A stretch of DNA of 64,000 bases from Flavobacteriales bacterium (GCA_023264155.1 JALQTD010000001.1:3335-67334); one strand, 5' to 3'; positions 20,560 through 30,505 are shown, counted from the first letter of the stretch. The notes: generated from the sequence alone by a model not told the origin. Translations and numbers: made by a program.

Positions 20560-20669
20560 ATCAAGCAAGTGGAATCTCAAAGTCCTTAGAATCAAAACAA
20601 TCGGATGTTAAACGTTCCCAATCCCGGGCATTGTTCACAAGTCCCGCTTTCCCTTTCCACGCGGTGATG

Positions 20670-20677
20670 TAATTTCG
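20670..20677 (+). promoter_or_regulatory. -7-like box TAATTTCG, 6 nt before the bamD ATG 20684
   Basis: TAATTTCG-CCGGCG-ATG. Confidence 0.45.
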
Positions 20678-20683
20678 CCGGCG

Positions 20684-21532
20684 ATGGAGGTACGCATGAA
20701 ACAACGAGCGGGGCACGTCATGGCCGCGTTGGGAACGGCGGTGGTGCTCTGGGCGGCCGCCGGTTGCAACGGCTACAACGAAGTGTTGAAAAGCACCGAT
20801 TCGGAATACAAACTGGAGCGGGCCATCGGCTTCATCGATTCAAGCCAGTGCTATGGTGCGTTGATGGTGCTCGAAGATTTGATGAACCTCACGCGGGGTA
20901 CTTCGCAGGGCCGTGAGGTGCAGTACCACCACGCGCGGGCGCAGAATTGCCTGGGGGATTACTATTTGGCCCGCTACTACTTCAAGCAGTTCGCGCGGAC
21001 CTATCCAGATGATCCGCGGAGCGAGCTGGCGCAGTTTGAAGCGGCGATGTGCAGCTACCGCTTGAGTCCGAATCCGAATTTGGACCAAAGCGAGACCCGC
21101 ACAGCCATCGAAGAGCTCCAGTTGTTCATGGACCGGTACCCGGGCAGCCCCATGCGCGATTCGTGCCAAACGCTCATCGGCAACCTCCGCAACAAGCTCG
21201 AGCGCAAGTCCTTTGAAACCGCCCGGCTTTACCACCACACCGAGCAATACAAAAGCGCGACCATTGCGTTGCATCAAGCCCTGAAGGACTACCCGGACAG
21301 TCCGTATCGGGAAGAAATGCAATGGCTCATTGTGGACAGCCACTACCAGTACGCGCAACAGAGCACGGAAAGACGAAAGTTGGAGCGGTACAACGAAGCA
21401 ATTGAAGCTTTTCTTACATTTGTGGCCCGTTATCCGGAAAGTCGGTTCATGGCCCGAGCGCAACGCATCTATGACGCGAGTGTGGCGGAGGTGGCCCGGC
21501 TCACGGAGACGACACCATCTGAAAGCCTATGA
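20684..21532 (+). CDS. bamD: Outer membrane protein assembly factor BamD
   Basis: Lipobox LWAAAGC and TPR-like repeats. The YNEVLKSTDSEYKLERA start and overall similarity match flavobacterial BamD, and rpoZ follows as is usual. Confidence 0.8.
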   Translation: MEVRMKQRAGHVMAALGTAVVLWAAAGCNGYNEVLKSTDSEYKLERAIGFIDSSQCYGALMVLEDLMNLTRGTSQGREVQYHHARAQNCLGDYYLARYYFKQFARTYPDDPRSELAQFEAAMCSYRLSPNPNLDQSETRTAIEELQLFMDRYPGSPMRDSCQTLIGNLRNKLERKSFETARLYHHTEQYKSATIALHQALKDYPDSPYREEMQWLIVDSHYQYAQQSTERRKLERYNEAIEAFLTFVARYPESRFMARAQRIYDASVAEVARLTETTPSESL

Positions 21533-21897
21533 ATTTCAAAAGCATCAAAGCCGAGCGCACCACTGAGACGCGCGACACGTTGGCCCTCGAGAACTCCGGT
21601 TCGGGCAATCTGTTTGAGACGATTGTCGCGCTGAGCTCGCGGAGCAACCAGATTTCAGTTGAACTGAAGAAGGAGCTTTCGGCCAAATTGGAGGAGTTCA
21701 TTACCCCGACGGATTCATTGGAAGAGGTGTTCGAAAACCGGGAGCAAATCGAGATTTCGAAGTTCTACGAGCGGCTCCCGAAGCCGCACAGCATCGCCAT
21801 TGCGGAGATGCGCGAAGGCATGTTGGCCATTGAAAAGCCCGCTCCTGCGTTGCCTGAAGTGACTCCGGTGGAGCAGCCGGAAGCAGCCGAAGCGTGA
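21529..21897 (+). CDS. rpoZ: DNA-directed RNA polymerase omega subunit (Bacteroidota type)
   Basis: 122 aa. NLFETIVALSSRSNQIS...LEEVFENREQIEISKFYERLPKP matches flavobacterial RpoZ as I remember it. ATGA overlap with bamD. Confidence 0.7.
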   Translation: MNFKSIKAERTTETRDTLALENSGSGNLFETIVALSSRSNQISVELKKELSAKLEEFITPTDSLEEVFENREQIEISKFYERLPKPHSIAIAEMREGMLAIEKPAPALPEVTPVEQPEAAEA

Positions 21898-21913
21898 TCG
21901 TTGCTTCCGGGCC

Positions 21914-23107
21914 ATGGTGCACGGTCGTAAAATCTTACTGGGGGTAACGGGGAGCATCGCCGCATTCAAGGCGGTGTTTTTGGCCCGTGAATTGATTCGG
22001 CGCGGCGCGGAAGTGCGCGTGGTGATGACTGCTGCGGCCACGGAGTTCGTTGGCCCGCTGACGTTTGCCACCTTGACAGGGCACCGGGTCTATTCGGATT
22101 TCACGGAAGACGCAGACCAAGGGACTTGGACGAACCACGTGGACTTGGGGTTGTGGGCGGATTTGTTCGTGGTGGCGCCGGCCACTGCTGAGACGCTGTC
22201 GGCGTTCTCGACGGGGCGCTGCACCAATTTTTTACATGCGGTTTTTCTTTCGAGCCGGTGCGAGGTGATGGTGGCGCCTGCCATGGATTTGGACATGTTC
22301 AGCCATGCGGCGACACAGGCCAATTTGCACTTGCTTCGGGAGCGCGGCATTTCAGTGGTCGAGCCGGTATCGGGCCCGCTTGCGAGCGGACTTGAAGGAA
22401 AAGGGCGCATGGAGGAGCCCGGCGCCATCGCCGACGCGGTCGAAGGCTATTTCGAATCACGCGCTCCATTGCGTGGGTTGCGGGTGCTGATCACTGCCGG
22501 ACCGACGCATGAGCCCATCGACGCCGTTCGATTCATCGGGAACCGAAGCTCGGGCAAGATGGGCGTGGCATTGGCGCAGGCTTTCATCGATCAAGGAGCG
22601 CAGGTGTCCTTGTTGCTCGGGCCTGCAACGGTAGCCCCTCCGGTGGGTTGCGAGGAAGTGGTTCGGTTTGAAACCGCTGCGGAGCTTGCCGCTGCGGTGG
22701 CCGAGCGCTGGGGCCAAATGGATGTGGGCATTGCCGCGGCCGCGGTGGCAGACGTTCGCCCCGCAGCCCCTGCCACGAATAAATTGCACCGAGCCGATTT
22801 GCCCCCTGCCATTGTCCTCGAACCCACCCCAGATGTGCTCGCATACATGGGGCAACACAAGGCAGGCCATCAGAAACTCATCGGTTTTGCGTTGGAAACA
22901 GACGAAGGGCGAGCCAGTGCAGCATCCAAATTGGAGCGAAAAAACCTCGACGGCATCGTCCTGAACACCCTGTTAGACGACGGCGCTGGATTCCAGACCG
23001 ACACCAACAAAGTTTCCACGTTTGATGGCCGCGATTGGCATACATTTGAATTGAAGTCAAAAGCCGAAGTGGCCCGCGACCTCGTTAACTTCATCCAGCA
23101 CCTGTGA
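21914..23107 (+). CDS. coaBC: Bifunctional phosphopantothenoylcysteine decarboxylase / phosphopantothenate-cysteine ligase
   Basis: N-terminal flavoprotein (ILLGVTGSIAAFK) and C-terminal ligase (ITAGPTHEPIDAVRFIGNRSSGKMG). Confidence 0.9.
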   Translation: MVHGRKILLGVTGSIAAFKAVFLARELIRRGAEVRVVMTAAATEFVGPLTFATLTGHRVYSDFTEDADQGTWTNHVDLGLWADLFVVAPATAETLSAFSTGRCTNFLHAVFLSSRCEVMVAPAMDLDMFSHAATQANLHLLRERGISVVEPVSGPLASGLEGKGRMEEPGAIADAVEGYFESRAPLRGLRVLITAGPTHEPIDAVRFIGNRSSGKMGVALAQAFIDQGAQVSLLLGPATVAPPVGCEEVVRFETAAELAAAVAERWGQMDVGIAAAAVADVRPAAPATNKLHRADLPPAIVLEPTPDVLAYMGQHKAGHQKLIGFALETDEGRASAASKLERKNLDGIVLNTLLDDGAGFQTDTNKVSTFDGRDWHTFELKSKAEVARDLVNFIQHL

Positions 23108-23115
23108 TTTCATCC

Positions 23116-24030
23116 ATGAAGCACCTCTTCTCTTCACTTCGCATCGCGCTTCCAGCGGTTGCCTTCCTCGCTGTGGCGTTTTCGAGCCGTGCGCAAGAAT
23201 TGAATTGCCAGGTTGAGGTCATTGCTCCACAGATTTCCAACATTGAGGCTTCCATTTTTGAGGGGCTTGAAGAGCGGATTGCGGAATTTGTGAACGGCCG
23301 GAAATGGACCTCCGACAACTTCCGGTTGGAAGAACGGATTGAGTGCACCATGCAAATCACCATCTCCGACGCCCCATCCCCGACCTCGTTCAAGGGCAAC
23401 ATCCAAGTACAAAGCTCGCGCCCCGTCTACAATTCCGACTACAAGACCCCCATGTTGCTGGTCAACGACAACGATTTTGAAATCACCTGGGACGGGACAT
23501 CGACCATTCAATTCAGCCCCGGTCAGCACCGCGATAACCTGTCCTCCATCTTGGCCTATTACGCCTATATGATCTTGGGAATGGACTACGACAGCATGGC
23601 GCTTGACGGTGGAACCGATTTCTATGTGCAAGCCCAAACCATCGTGGCGAACGCGCAAAGCACCGGGTCAAGCGGATGGAAGGCGGGGCAAAACCAGCAG
23701 AACCGCTATTGGTTGGTCGAGAACATGCTTTCGCAAACGTTCAAGCCCGTTCGAAACTGCCTGTACAATTACCACCGGCTCGGGTTGGACCGGTTGTATG
23801 ACGACCTCGAGCGCGGCCGGTTGAACATGGCCGATGCGCTCATTGAAATGCGTGCGACGCACCGCATCCGCCCCTCATCGTACAATTTGCAGTTGTTTTT
23901 CTTGGCGAAGTCCGATGAAATCCTCAAGGTGTTCAGCCCCGCGCCCGATGTGGAAAAAACGCGTTTGCTTCCGGTTTTGAAGCAGATGGATCCCGGGAAC
24001 ATCAGCAAGTACGACAGCATTTTGGGTTGA
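23116..24030 (+). CDS. DUF4835-family secreted protein (family that I believe is annotated as T9SS-associated PorD in some databases)
   Basis: Signal peptide MKHLFSSLRIALPAVAFLAVAFSSRAQE. The conserved coaBC-DUF4835-recN position and the blocks ILAYYAYMILGMDYDS and NRYWLVENML support the call. The PorD name is from memory and uncertain. Confidence 0.65.
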   Translation: MKHLFSSLRIALPAVAFLAVAFSSRAQELNCQVEVIAPQISNIEASIFEGLEERIAEFVNGRKWTSDNFRLEERIECTMQITISDAPSPTSFKGNIQVQSSRPVYNSDYKTPMLLVNDNDFEITWDGTSTIQFSPGQHRDNLSSILAYYAYMILGMDYDSMALDGGTDFYVQAQTIVANAQSTGSSGWKAGQNQQNRYWLVENMLSQTFKPVRNCLYNYHRLGLDRLYDDLERGRLNMADALIEMRATHRIRPSSYNLQLFFLAKSDEILKVFSPAPDVEKTRLLPVLKQMDPGNISKYDSILG

Positions 24031-24033
24031 GCC

Positions 24034-25689
24034 ATGTTAGCCGGGCTGAGGATTGAAGGATATGCCCTCATCGACGCATTGGAGATGGAGTGGCAGCCGG
24101 GACTCACTGCTTTGACGGGAGAGACCGGGTCGGGAAAGAGCATTGTGCTCGGTGCGTTGGGGCTTGTGCTCGGGGGCCGAGCAGATACGAGCGTCATCCG
24201 GACGGGAGCGGACAAATGTGTGGTCGAAGCCACCTTCCGCTCCGATGAGCGTGCATGGCTCGAAGCCCATGAACTCGACGTGCACGACGAGTTATGCATC
24301 CGCCGGGAAATCTCAGCCAAAGGACGCTCCCGCGCCTTCGTGAATGACACCCCTGTTTCGGTGGCGGACCTCCGGTCGTTGGGTGCGCGGCTCGTCGATT
24401 TGCACGGCCAAGAGAATACATTGGCTTTGGCTGAGAAGGCGCACCGCATTGCCCTCGTGGACGCGTTGGGCGTGCCTCAGGCTGTGCTGCGGGATTATCA
24501 GGACGCGTTCCGCGGATGGCGGGAAAAACTGGCCGAACGGAACACGCTGCTCTCCGGCTCGGGCCAAGCCGCGAACGACCCCGATTACCTGCAGTATCAG
24601 GTTGCTGAAATTGAAGGACTCGAACTGCACCTGCACGACGCGCATGTTCGGGAAGCCGAGTGGAACACCTTGCAGCATGCAGGCCAAATACGCGCCGAAC
24701 TCCTTGAAGCACATGCCGCCCTGCTGTCGGATGAGCGGGAATCCGATGCACTGACCCTCATCGGACAGGCCGTTAAATCCCTTACCCGCGCCTCCGCAAA
24801 CCACCCTGCGGCAGAAGCCCTTGTGGAACGGCTGGAAAACTTGCGGATGGAGGCCGTCGAACTGGAGCACGAAATCGCCAACGAAGCCGACCGGATTCAA
24901 GAAGACCCCGAGCGGGAGCACTTGTTGGGCCAGTGGCTGGACGAACTTCAACGCCTGCTCTCCAAACACCGGTTGAACAGCCCTGAAGAACTGCAGGCGC
25001 TGAGTGCCACCATGACCCAACAGCTCGAAGCATTGCAGCAGCGGGAAGCCCGCCTGTCCGAGATTGACAAGGAAGTTGAAGCAGCGCTGCAACACGTCTT
25101 GCGCACCGGAGCGACCTTGCGCGGTGCCCGTGAACGCATCGCGTCGGATTTGGCCGCATCCATCCTCGTTCACTTGAGCGGATTGAAAATGGGCCAGGCG
25201 GAACTCGAGATCCGTTGGTCGCCCGCTGAAGAACCCGACGCTTGGGGACTTGATGAGGTCGAATGGTACTTCCGTTCCCATCCCACTTCCTCGTTTCAGC
25301 CCCTCACACAAGTGGCTTCGGGCGGCGAAAAAAGCCGGTTGATGTTGGCCATCAAAGCCGTGCAATCTGAGCACAGCCTCGCGCGAACCATCATCCTCGA
25401 TGAAATCGATACCGGCGTGTCAGGTCATGTGGCAGAATGCATGGCGCAACTGATGGAAGCGATGGCTGATCACCAACAAGTGATCGCGGTGACCCATTTG
25501 CCGCAAGTGGCCGGACGCGCGGACCATCACCTGCGGGTCAGCAAAATCGCCGGCACCGATCACGTCGCCACCCAAGTGGCCCAGCTCACGCGTGATGAAC
25601 GCATTCAAGAACTGGCCTCCATGCTCAGTGGCGCCCAAGTGACCGAGGCTGCTACCGAGCACGCCAAAGCGCTGATGAAGCCCGCTTAA
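24034..25689 (+). CDS. recN: DNA repair protein RecN
   Basis: SMC-like: Walker A LTGETGSGKS, a long coiled coil, the signature ASGGEKSRLMLAIK and Walker B IILDEIDTG. Confidence 0.9.
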   Translation: MLAGLRIEGYALIDALEMEWQPGLTALTGETGSGKSIVLGALGLVLGGRADTSVIRTGADKCVVEATFRSDERAWLEAHELDVHDELCIRREISAKGRSRAFVNDTPVSVADLRSLGARLVDLHGQENTLALAEKAHRIALVDALGVPQAVLRDYQDAFRGWREKLAERNTLLSGSGQAANDPDYLQYQVAEIEGLELHLHDAHVREAEWNTLQHAGQIRAELLEAHAALLSDERESDALTLIGQAVKSLTRASANHPAAEALVERLENLRMEAVELEHEIANEADRIQEDPEREHLLGQWLDELQRLLSKHRLNSPEELQALSATMTQQLEALQQREARLSEIDKEVEAALQHVLRTGATLRGARERIASDLAASILVHLSGLKMGQAELEIRWSPAEEPDAWGLDEVEWYFRSHPTSSFQPLTQVASGGEKSRLMLAIKAVQSEHSLARTIILDEIDTGVSGHVAECMAQLMEAMADHQQVIAVTHLPQVAGRADHHLRVSKIAGTDHVATQVAQLTRDERIQELASMLSGAQVTEAATEHAKALMKPA

Positions 25690-28028
25690 AAGCGCCAATC
25701 AATGCCCAACGAAGGCAGGAAAGGCAGTTGATCGACCCGTTCCCCCGTCAACCGGTTGATGTAAAACACGTTGTCGCGGCTGTACACATTGGTTACGCCT
25801 GCGTTGAACTCGAGCGTCCCATGCTCAAACGTGAAGTCACGGCGGACACTCACGTCCAACCGGTGATAGGCCGGCAGGCGCCCCTCATTCAGTTCAGCAT
25901 ATTGGATGGACAACTCGTTCGCGTTGCCAACGATGTAGTCCGATGAAATGCCACCACTGACATTCGGTGCTTGGTAATAGCCCGCCGTTTGGGTGAAGGG
26001 CAGGCCGGAACCGAGGTTCCAACGGGCCGACGCCTCCCACTTGCCATCCTTGCCCAACCCTTGGCTCACGACCAGGTTCACATTGTGACGGCGGTCAAAC
26101 ACCGGATCGTACCACCGAAAACCGTCCCAACGGTCCACGTTGCCGTACCCGTAGACCAACCACACATACGTGAAGCGCTCTTCGTACTTCAACACCACGT
26201 CTGCGCCATAGGCGTGGCCCGTTTCGACGATGAAGTCCTTGCGCAAAACCTCGGGCACATCGGCATGCTCGAGGTCATCTTCAAACAACTTATTGCGGTT
26301 GGGATTCGTGAGCTGCGAAAAGTATTTCAAGTACCCTTCCACGTTCAGGTTGACGCGCTCAGTGAGGTCGAATTCGAAGCCCGAAATCACGTGCGAGGCG
26401 GTTTGCAACGAGTGAATGATCTCCTTCACATCGCCATCGGGTGTGATGAACGTGTTCTGCAAGTTCTCGGGCCCTGAAAGGAAACCGTAGAACAAATTGA
26501 CCACGTCGCGATCGGAGTTGGACGAAATGATGTTCTGTGAGTACAAGCCCGCTGCGGCCTTCAAACGCAGGCGTTCGGATGCCTTGTACTTGATGCCGAT
26601 CCGGGGTTCGGGACGGAATTTGGCCAAAGAGCTGTAATACTGCATGCGCAGGCTCGGATTCCAAATGACCTTGCCCCGGTGAATGCGGTAGTCGATGTAT
26701 CCGCCAAATTGGGTGGTGTTCTCCACTTGCTCGACCCCTACGCCCAAGGCATTGAAGGTCTTGAAATCGGTTTCCATGCCGACCACTTCCAAGCCGTATT
26801 TGACGTCGTCTTCTCCCAGGACGTACTTGAAGTCCAAGCCAAAATTGAACCCGTTCACTTTCGAGTACCGGTCCGGCAATTGTTCCTCCTCGAGTCGGAT
26901 GTTGTAAGCGCTCGTAGCGAAATGCCCCGTCATCAAGATGGCCGAACCTGGCGGCACTACCGTGAAGTTTCCGCCTCCACCGGCATTCACCCAGCTCAGG
27001 TTGGAGAGGGCCTGGTAGCTGACGCGGTCCGAAAAGCGGAAACCAAACAGCGAAAGCTTTGACCCCGTGGATCCGCCGAATGAAATTTTGCCGTAGGCGT
27101 CTGTGAAATTGAATGGGAGCCCTTGGCCATCTTGGTTGACGTAGTCGTAGAGGACCTTCGACGTCTGCTCGAGGTAGGAGTTCTTCAACGACAACACGAA
27201 TGAGATGCCACTTCCGCGGGAATCGAGTTGCTTGAGCGGACCTTCTAAGAGCAACCGGGCTCCAAAAGGGCTCGCTCCTACCCGGCCTGCCAGATGCTGC
27301 TTGTTGCCGTCCCGGGTTTTGATGTCCATGACGGATGAAATCCGCCCACCGAAACGCGCGGAGAAACCACCGGTGTAGATGTCGGCGTTCGAAATCAAAT
27401 CGGAGTCGAACACGCTGAACAGCCCGATGCTGTGGAACGCGTTGTAGACGATCATCCCGTCGAGCAGCACCATGTTCTGGATCGGCGAGCCACCGCGGAT
27501 GTACAGCTGGCCGCCTTGGTCACCGGTGGATACGAATCCCGGCAGGACTTGCAGGGCTTGGACCAAATCCGGCGAACCGCCGAAGCTCGGAACCCGCTTC
27601 AAGTCGGCCGGACGGATGGTCTCGATGCTCATGTTGACGTTCGTGAGCTGCTCTTGGCGTTCGGCGCTGACCTCGGCGCTACCGAGTTCGATGACCTTGG
27701 GCTTGAGGAGGTAATTGCGGGTCAGGATTTGGCCATCAGCGATGGTGACCGCTTCCCGCACGCCTTCGAACTCCAAACTCGAAACGACGAGGGTATAATT
27801 TCCGGCAGGAACCTTAGACAGGCTGTAAAATCCCCCCACATCGGTCGTGACACCGTATGCCGTGCCTTCCAAGCTCACACTCGTGAACAGGATGGGCTCG
27901 CCCGAAGCTTCGCTGCGCAAGAAGCCCTTCAGCGTTCCCTGCCCTTGGGCAGCACTTGCCCAAACAATGAACAGCAAGACGCACCACCGGGTTGCGTGTG
28001 CAATGCGGTTCCTTTTCAATTTCTGCAT
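25686..28028 (-). CDS. TonB-dependent receptor with N-terminal carboxypeptidase-regulatory-like domain
   Basis: 780 aa. Signal peptide, CarbopepD_reg-like block (GTLKGFLRSEASGEPILFTSVSLEGTAYGVTTDVGGFY), plug, and a barrel ending LGIDWRF. Confidence 0.85.
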   Translation of the reverse strand: MQKLKRNRIAHATRWCVLLFIVWASAAQGQGTLKGFLRSEASGEPILFTSVSLEGTAYGVTTDVGGFYSLSKVPAGNYTLVVSSLEFEGVREAVTIADGQILTRNYLLKPKVIELGSAEVSAERQEQLTNVNMSIETIRPADLKRVPSFGGSPDLVQALQVLPGFVSTGDQGGQLYIRGGSPIQNMVLLDGMIVYNAFHSIGLFSVFDSDLISNADIYTGGFSARFGGRISSVMDIKTRDGNKQHLAGRVGASPFGARLLLEGPLKQLDSRGSGISFVLSLKNSYLEQTSKVLYDYVNQDGQGLPFNFTDAYGKISFGGSTGSKLSLFGFRFSDRVSYQALSNLSWVNAGGGGNFTVVPPGSAILMTGHFATSAYNIRLEEEQLPDRYSKVNGFNFGLDFKYVLGEDDVKYGLEVVGMETDFKTFNALGVGVEQVENTTQFGGYIDYRIHRGKVIWNPSLRMQYYSSLAKFRPEPRIGIKYKASERLRLKAAAGLYSQNIISSNSDRDVVNLFYGFLSGPENLQNTFITPDGDVKEIIHSLQTASHVISGFEFDLTERVNLNVEGYLKYFSQLTNPNRNKLFEDDLEHADVPEVLRKDFIVETGHAYGADVVLKYEERFTYVWLVYGYGNVDRWDGFRWYDPVFDRRHNVNLVVSQGLGKDGKWEASARWNLGSGLPFTQTAGYYQAPNVSGGISSDYIVGNANELSIQYAELNEGRLPAYHRLDVSVRRDFTFEHGTLEFNAGVTNVYSRDNVFYINRLTGERVDQLPFLPSLGIDWRF

Positions 28029-28032
28029 TCCG

Positions 28033-28040
28033 CGAATTTA
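28033..28040 (-). promoter_or_regulatory. -7-like box TAAATTCG, 4 nt before the TonB receptor ATG; its TAA is the helicase stop codon
   Basis: TAAATTCG-CGGA-ATG. The helicase ORF ends at 28038-28040. Confidence 0.5.
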
Positions 28041-30449
28041 ACGCGCAACAGCCATACGCGCGATGCGCGCATCCAGTTCTTCGTTGGTGACGGTGCCGCG
28101 CAGGCGATCCACCACGAGCGGGAAGGAAAGCGGAGTCGGGTGAGGGGGAGTCGCCCAAACCCACGTCGCTGCGTGCATGCGTTGAAGCGCGAGCAGCAAG
28201 GATTCGATTTGCAATTGATCAGCCAGCACCTCTTCGAGGGCTTGGCGGTGCAGCAAGTGGTCGGGATCGTGCTCGGCAAGCACTTCAAAAAGCAGGCTGG
28301 CGTGTGCTTGGAGGTGCTTTGTGCCCGCACCTTGTGCCGGCTGAAATTGCAGGCCGGAAATGATGGCAATTTCTCGGAACCGCCTCCGTGCGAGTTCTCC
28401 GGCGTTCAGGCTGCCGAGGACGTCCGACTCGAGCCCATGCGGCGAGAACAGCATTTGAAAATCGGCTGGGCTTACCGGAAGCGGATCGTGGGAAAGCAGT
28501 TCAAAGCCGTAATCGTTGCAGGCGTAGGTGATGGTCTGGGAAGAGATTTGGCCCAAACGGTGGCAAACGAGCATCGCTAGCCCCTCGTGCACCGCCCGTC
28601 CCTCAAAGGGGAAGACGCACACGTGATGCCCGTCATCCGTCCGGAACTGCTCCACCAACAGCTCTTCTGCGTTCGGGATTTGGGACCATTCAGACTGCAG
28701 GGACATCAACGGAACAAGTCGCTCCAACTCGGGATGGGGTGCGAGACCGGTGGCCAGCCGGCTCAACTGCTCCCGCAAGGCCTGCCCCAATTCCGTGGAC
28801 AGGGGCATGCGCCCACCCGACCAAACAGGCACCCGTTGGGTGGATCGGGTCGTTTGTTTCACCTCGGCGGTTTGGCCATCGACGCGCACAAGCTCCAATT
28901 GGCGGCCAGCAAACCAAAACACATCCCCGAGCTGCATTTTTTCGATGAAGGAGGATTCAACCTGGCCGATGACGCCCTTGCGCCGGATGCGCACCCACAT
29001 CATCGGGTCGGAAACGATGGTCCCAATGGACATCCGATGCCGCCGCGCAATGCGCCGGTCCTCCATCACCCACCGCCCTTCCACGACCTCCACCCGACGA
29101 AACTCCTCGTAGGCTTCGAGCGACTGACCGCCTGACCGGATGAACCGCAGGCATTCCGACCATTCCGGATCGGACAAGGTGGAGAAGGCATGGGTGCTGA
29201 GGACTTCGGCCCGGGCTTCGTCGGGGGTGAATCCGCCCCCGAGGGCGCGGGTGCATAGCCATTGGGCCAGCACATCGAAAGAACGGATGACCGGCCGACG
29301 CTGCTCCACCCGCCCCTGCTCCACCGCCTCCCGCAAGGCCGCTCCTTCGAGCAATTCCAAGCCGTGAGTCGGCACAAAATGAATGCGGCTGACCCCGCCC
29401 GGCTGATGGCCTGAGCGTCCGGCACGCTGCAGAAAACGCGCTACGCCTTTCGGACTTCCCACTTGCACCACGGCTTCCACCGGCGGAAAATCTACCCCGA
29501 GGTCGAGCGAGCTGGTGCACACCACCGCCTTCAACCGCCCCTCACCGATGGCATCTTCGATCCACGCGCGGGTCTCCTTCGCGAGCGAACCGTGGTGCAG
29601 GGCGAGTTGGCCGGCGAGCTCCGCGTCCGCCTCAAGCAAGCGGTGGTACCAGATCTCCGCCTGTGCCCGCGTGTTGGTGAAGACGAGTGTCGTCCGGTGC
29701 GCCCGCACCACCTCCATGACCTGATCCCGCAACGGCATGCCCAAGAATCCCGACCAAGCGAGCCGCTCAAACGAATTAGGCATCAAGCTCTTAACTTCAG
29801 TTACCTTCCGTGCTTGCGAGCGAATCAATTCCCCGGTCGCATGCGGGCACAGCACGTGCAGCGCTTCATCCAGGTTGCCGATGGTCGCCGTCAATCCCCA
29901 CGTGCGGAAGCGCGAAGCGATGCGGCGCAAGTGGGCGGCCGCGAGTTCGATTTGCACCCCGCGTTTGGTTCCAATCAAGGCATGCCATTCGTCCACGACC
30001 AACAACCGGCAGGATGCAAACCGCGCCACGTGGTCTTTCGCAGCCATGAGCACATGCAGGCTTTCCGGCGTAGTGATGAGCACATGTGGCATGCGGTTGC
30101 GCAATCGGGCGCGCTCCTTGGAGGAGGTGTCGCCTGTGCGAATCGCCACCTCCCACTCCAAGCCGACGCCATCGAGCATCCGCTGCGCACTTTCAGCGAT
30201 TTCCTTCGTCAAGGCACGGATGGGGGCAATCCAAATCACCTGCAATCCGGGAACTTCTCCGCCTTCTTCAAGCGCTTCCTGCACCACCGCGCCGAAGACA
30301 GAATACGTCTTTCCCATGCCCGTGGGGGCTTGAACGAGCCCCTCCTTTCCTGACCGAAAAGCGCGCCATGTCGCGGCTTGGAAGTCATTGGGGCGCCAGC
30401 CTTGCTCCTCAAACCACTGCTCCACGGATTGGGTCCCCCTCCTTGCCAT
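28038..30449 (-). CDS. Lhr-like DEXH-box helicase ('ligase-associated DNA damage response' helicase clade)
   Basis: 803 aa. Motif I APTGMGKT, motif II VVDEWH, helicase C, and a long C-terminal DEAD-associated region. The N-terminus QWFEEQGWRPNDFQ resembles the ligase-associated Lhr clade (from memory). Confidence 0.8.
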   Translation of the reverse strand: MARRGTQSVEQWFEEQGWRPNDFQAATWRAFRSGKEGLVQAPTGMGKTYSVFGAVVQEALEEGGEVPGLQVIWIAPIRALTKEIAESAQRMLDGVGLEWEVAIRTGDTSSKERARLRNRMPHVLITTPESLHVLMAAKDHVARFASCRLLVVDEWHALIGTKRGVQIELAAAHLRRIASRFRTWGLTATIGNLDEALHVLCPHATGELIRSQARKVTEVKSLMPNSFERLAWSGFLGMPLRDQVMEVVRAHRTTLVFTNTRAQAEIWYHRLLEADAELAGQLALHHGSLAKETRAWIEDAIGEGRLKAVVCTSSLDLGVDFPPVEAVVQVGSPKGVARFLQRAGRSGHQPGGVSRIHFVPTHGLELLEGAALREAVEQGRVEQRRPVIRSFDVLAQWLCTRALGGGFTPDEARAEVLSTHAFSTLSDPEWSECLRFIRSGGQSLEAYEEFRRVEVVEGRWVMEDRRIARRHRMSIGTIVSDPMMWVRIRRKGVIGQVESSFIEKMQLGDVFWFAGRQLELVRVDGQTAEVKQTTRSTQRVPVWSGGRMPLSTELGQALREQLSRLATGLAPHPELERLVPLMSLQSEWSQIPNAEELLVEQFRTDDGHHVCVFPFEGRAVHEGLAMLVCHRLGQISSQTITYACNDYGFELLSHDPLPVSPADFQMLFSPHGLESDVLGSLNAGELARRRFREIAIISGLQFQPAQGAGTKHLQAHASLLFEVLAEHDPDHLLHRQALEEVLADQLQIESLLLALQRMHAATWVWATPPHPTPLSFPLVVDRLRGTVTNEELDARIARMAVAR

Positions 30450-30453
30450 GTTC

Positions 30454-30461
30454 GAAAGTTA
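30454..30461 (-). promoter_or_regulatory. -7-like box TAACTTTC, 4 nt before the helicase ATG
   Basis: TAACTTTC-GAAC-ATG. Confidence 0.45.
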
Positions 30462-30493
30462 ACACACGTGCATCGCAGGTCATACACAGTGAT

Positions 30494-30501
30494 TATCTTC
30501 G
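30494..30501 (+). promoter_or_regulatory. -7-like box TATCTTCG, 4 nt before ATG 30506
   Basis: TATCTTCG-GCAC-ATG. Confidence 0.5.
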
Positions 30502-30505
30502 GCAC

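Noticed and set aside
20531-20683. The 153-bp divergent intergenic region, as a site for a small ORF or ncRNA
   Set aside because: Only the two promoter boxes (20552-20559 and 20670-20677) are recognisable. There is no conserved structure and no plausible small ORF.
28026-28040. One entry in the findings list titled 'placeholder' with interest 0
   Set aside because: This is an editing artefact of mine and should be ignored. The real observation for this site is the finding that follows it, on the stop codon inside the promoter box.
30086-30505. The 5' extension of ORF 30086-31288 through the helicase gene
   Set aside because: It overlaps the helicase on the opposite strand. A signal peptide and a -7 box with N4 spacing point to ATG 30506.
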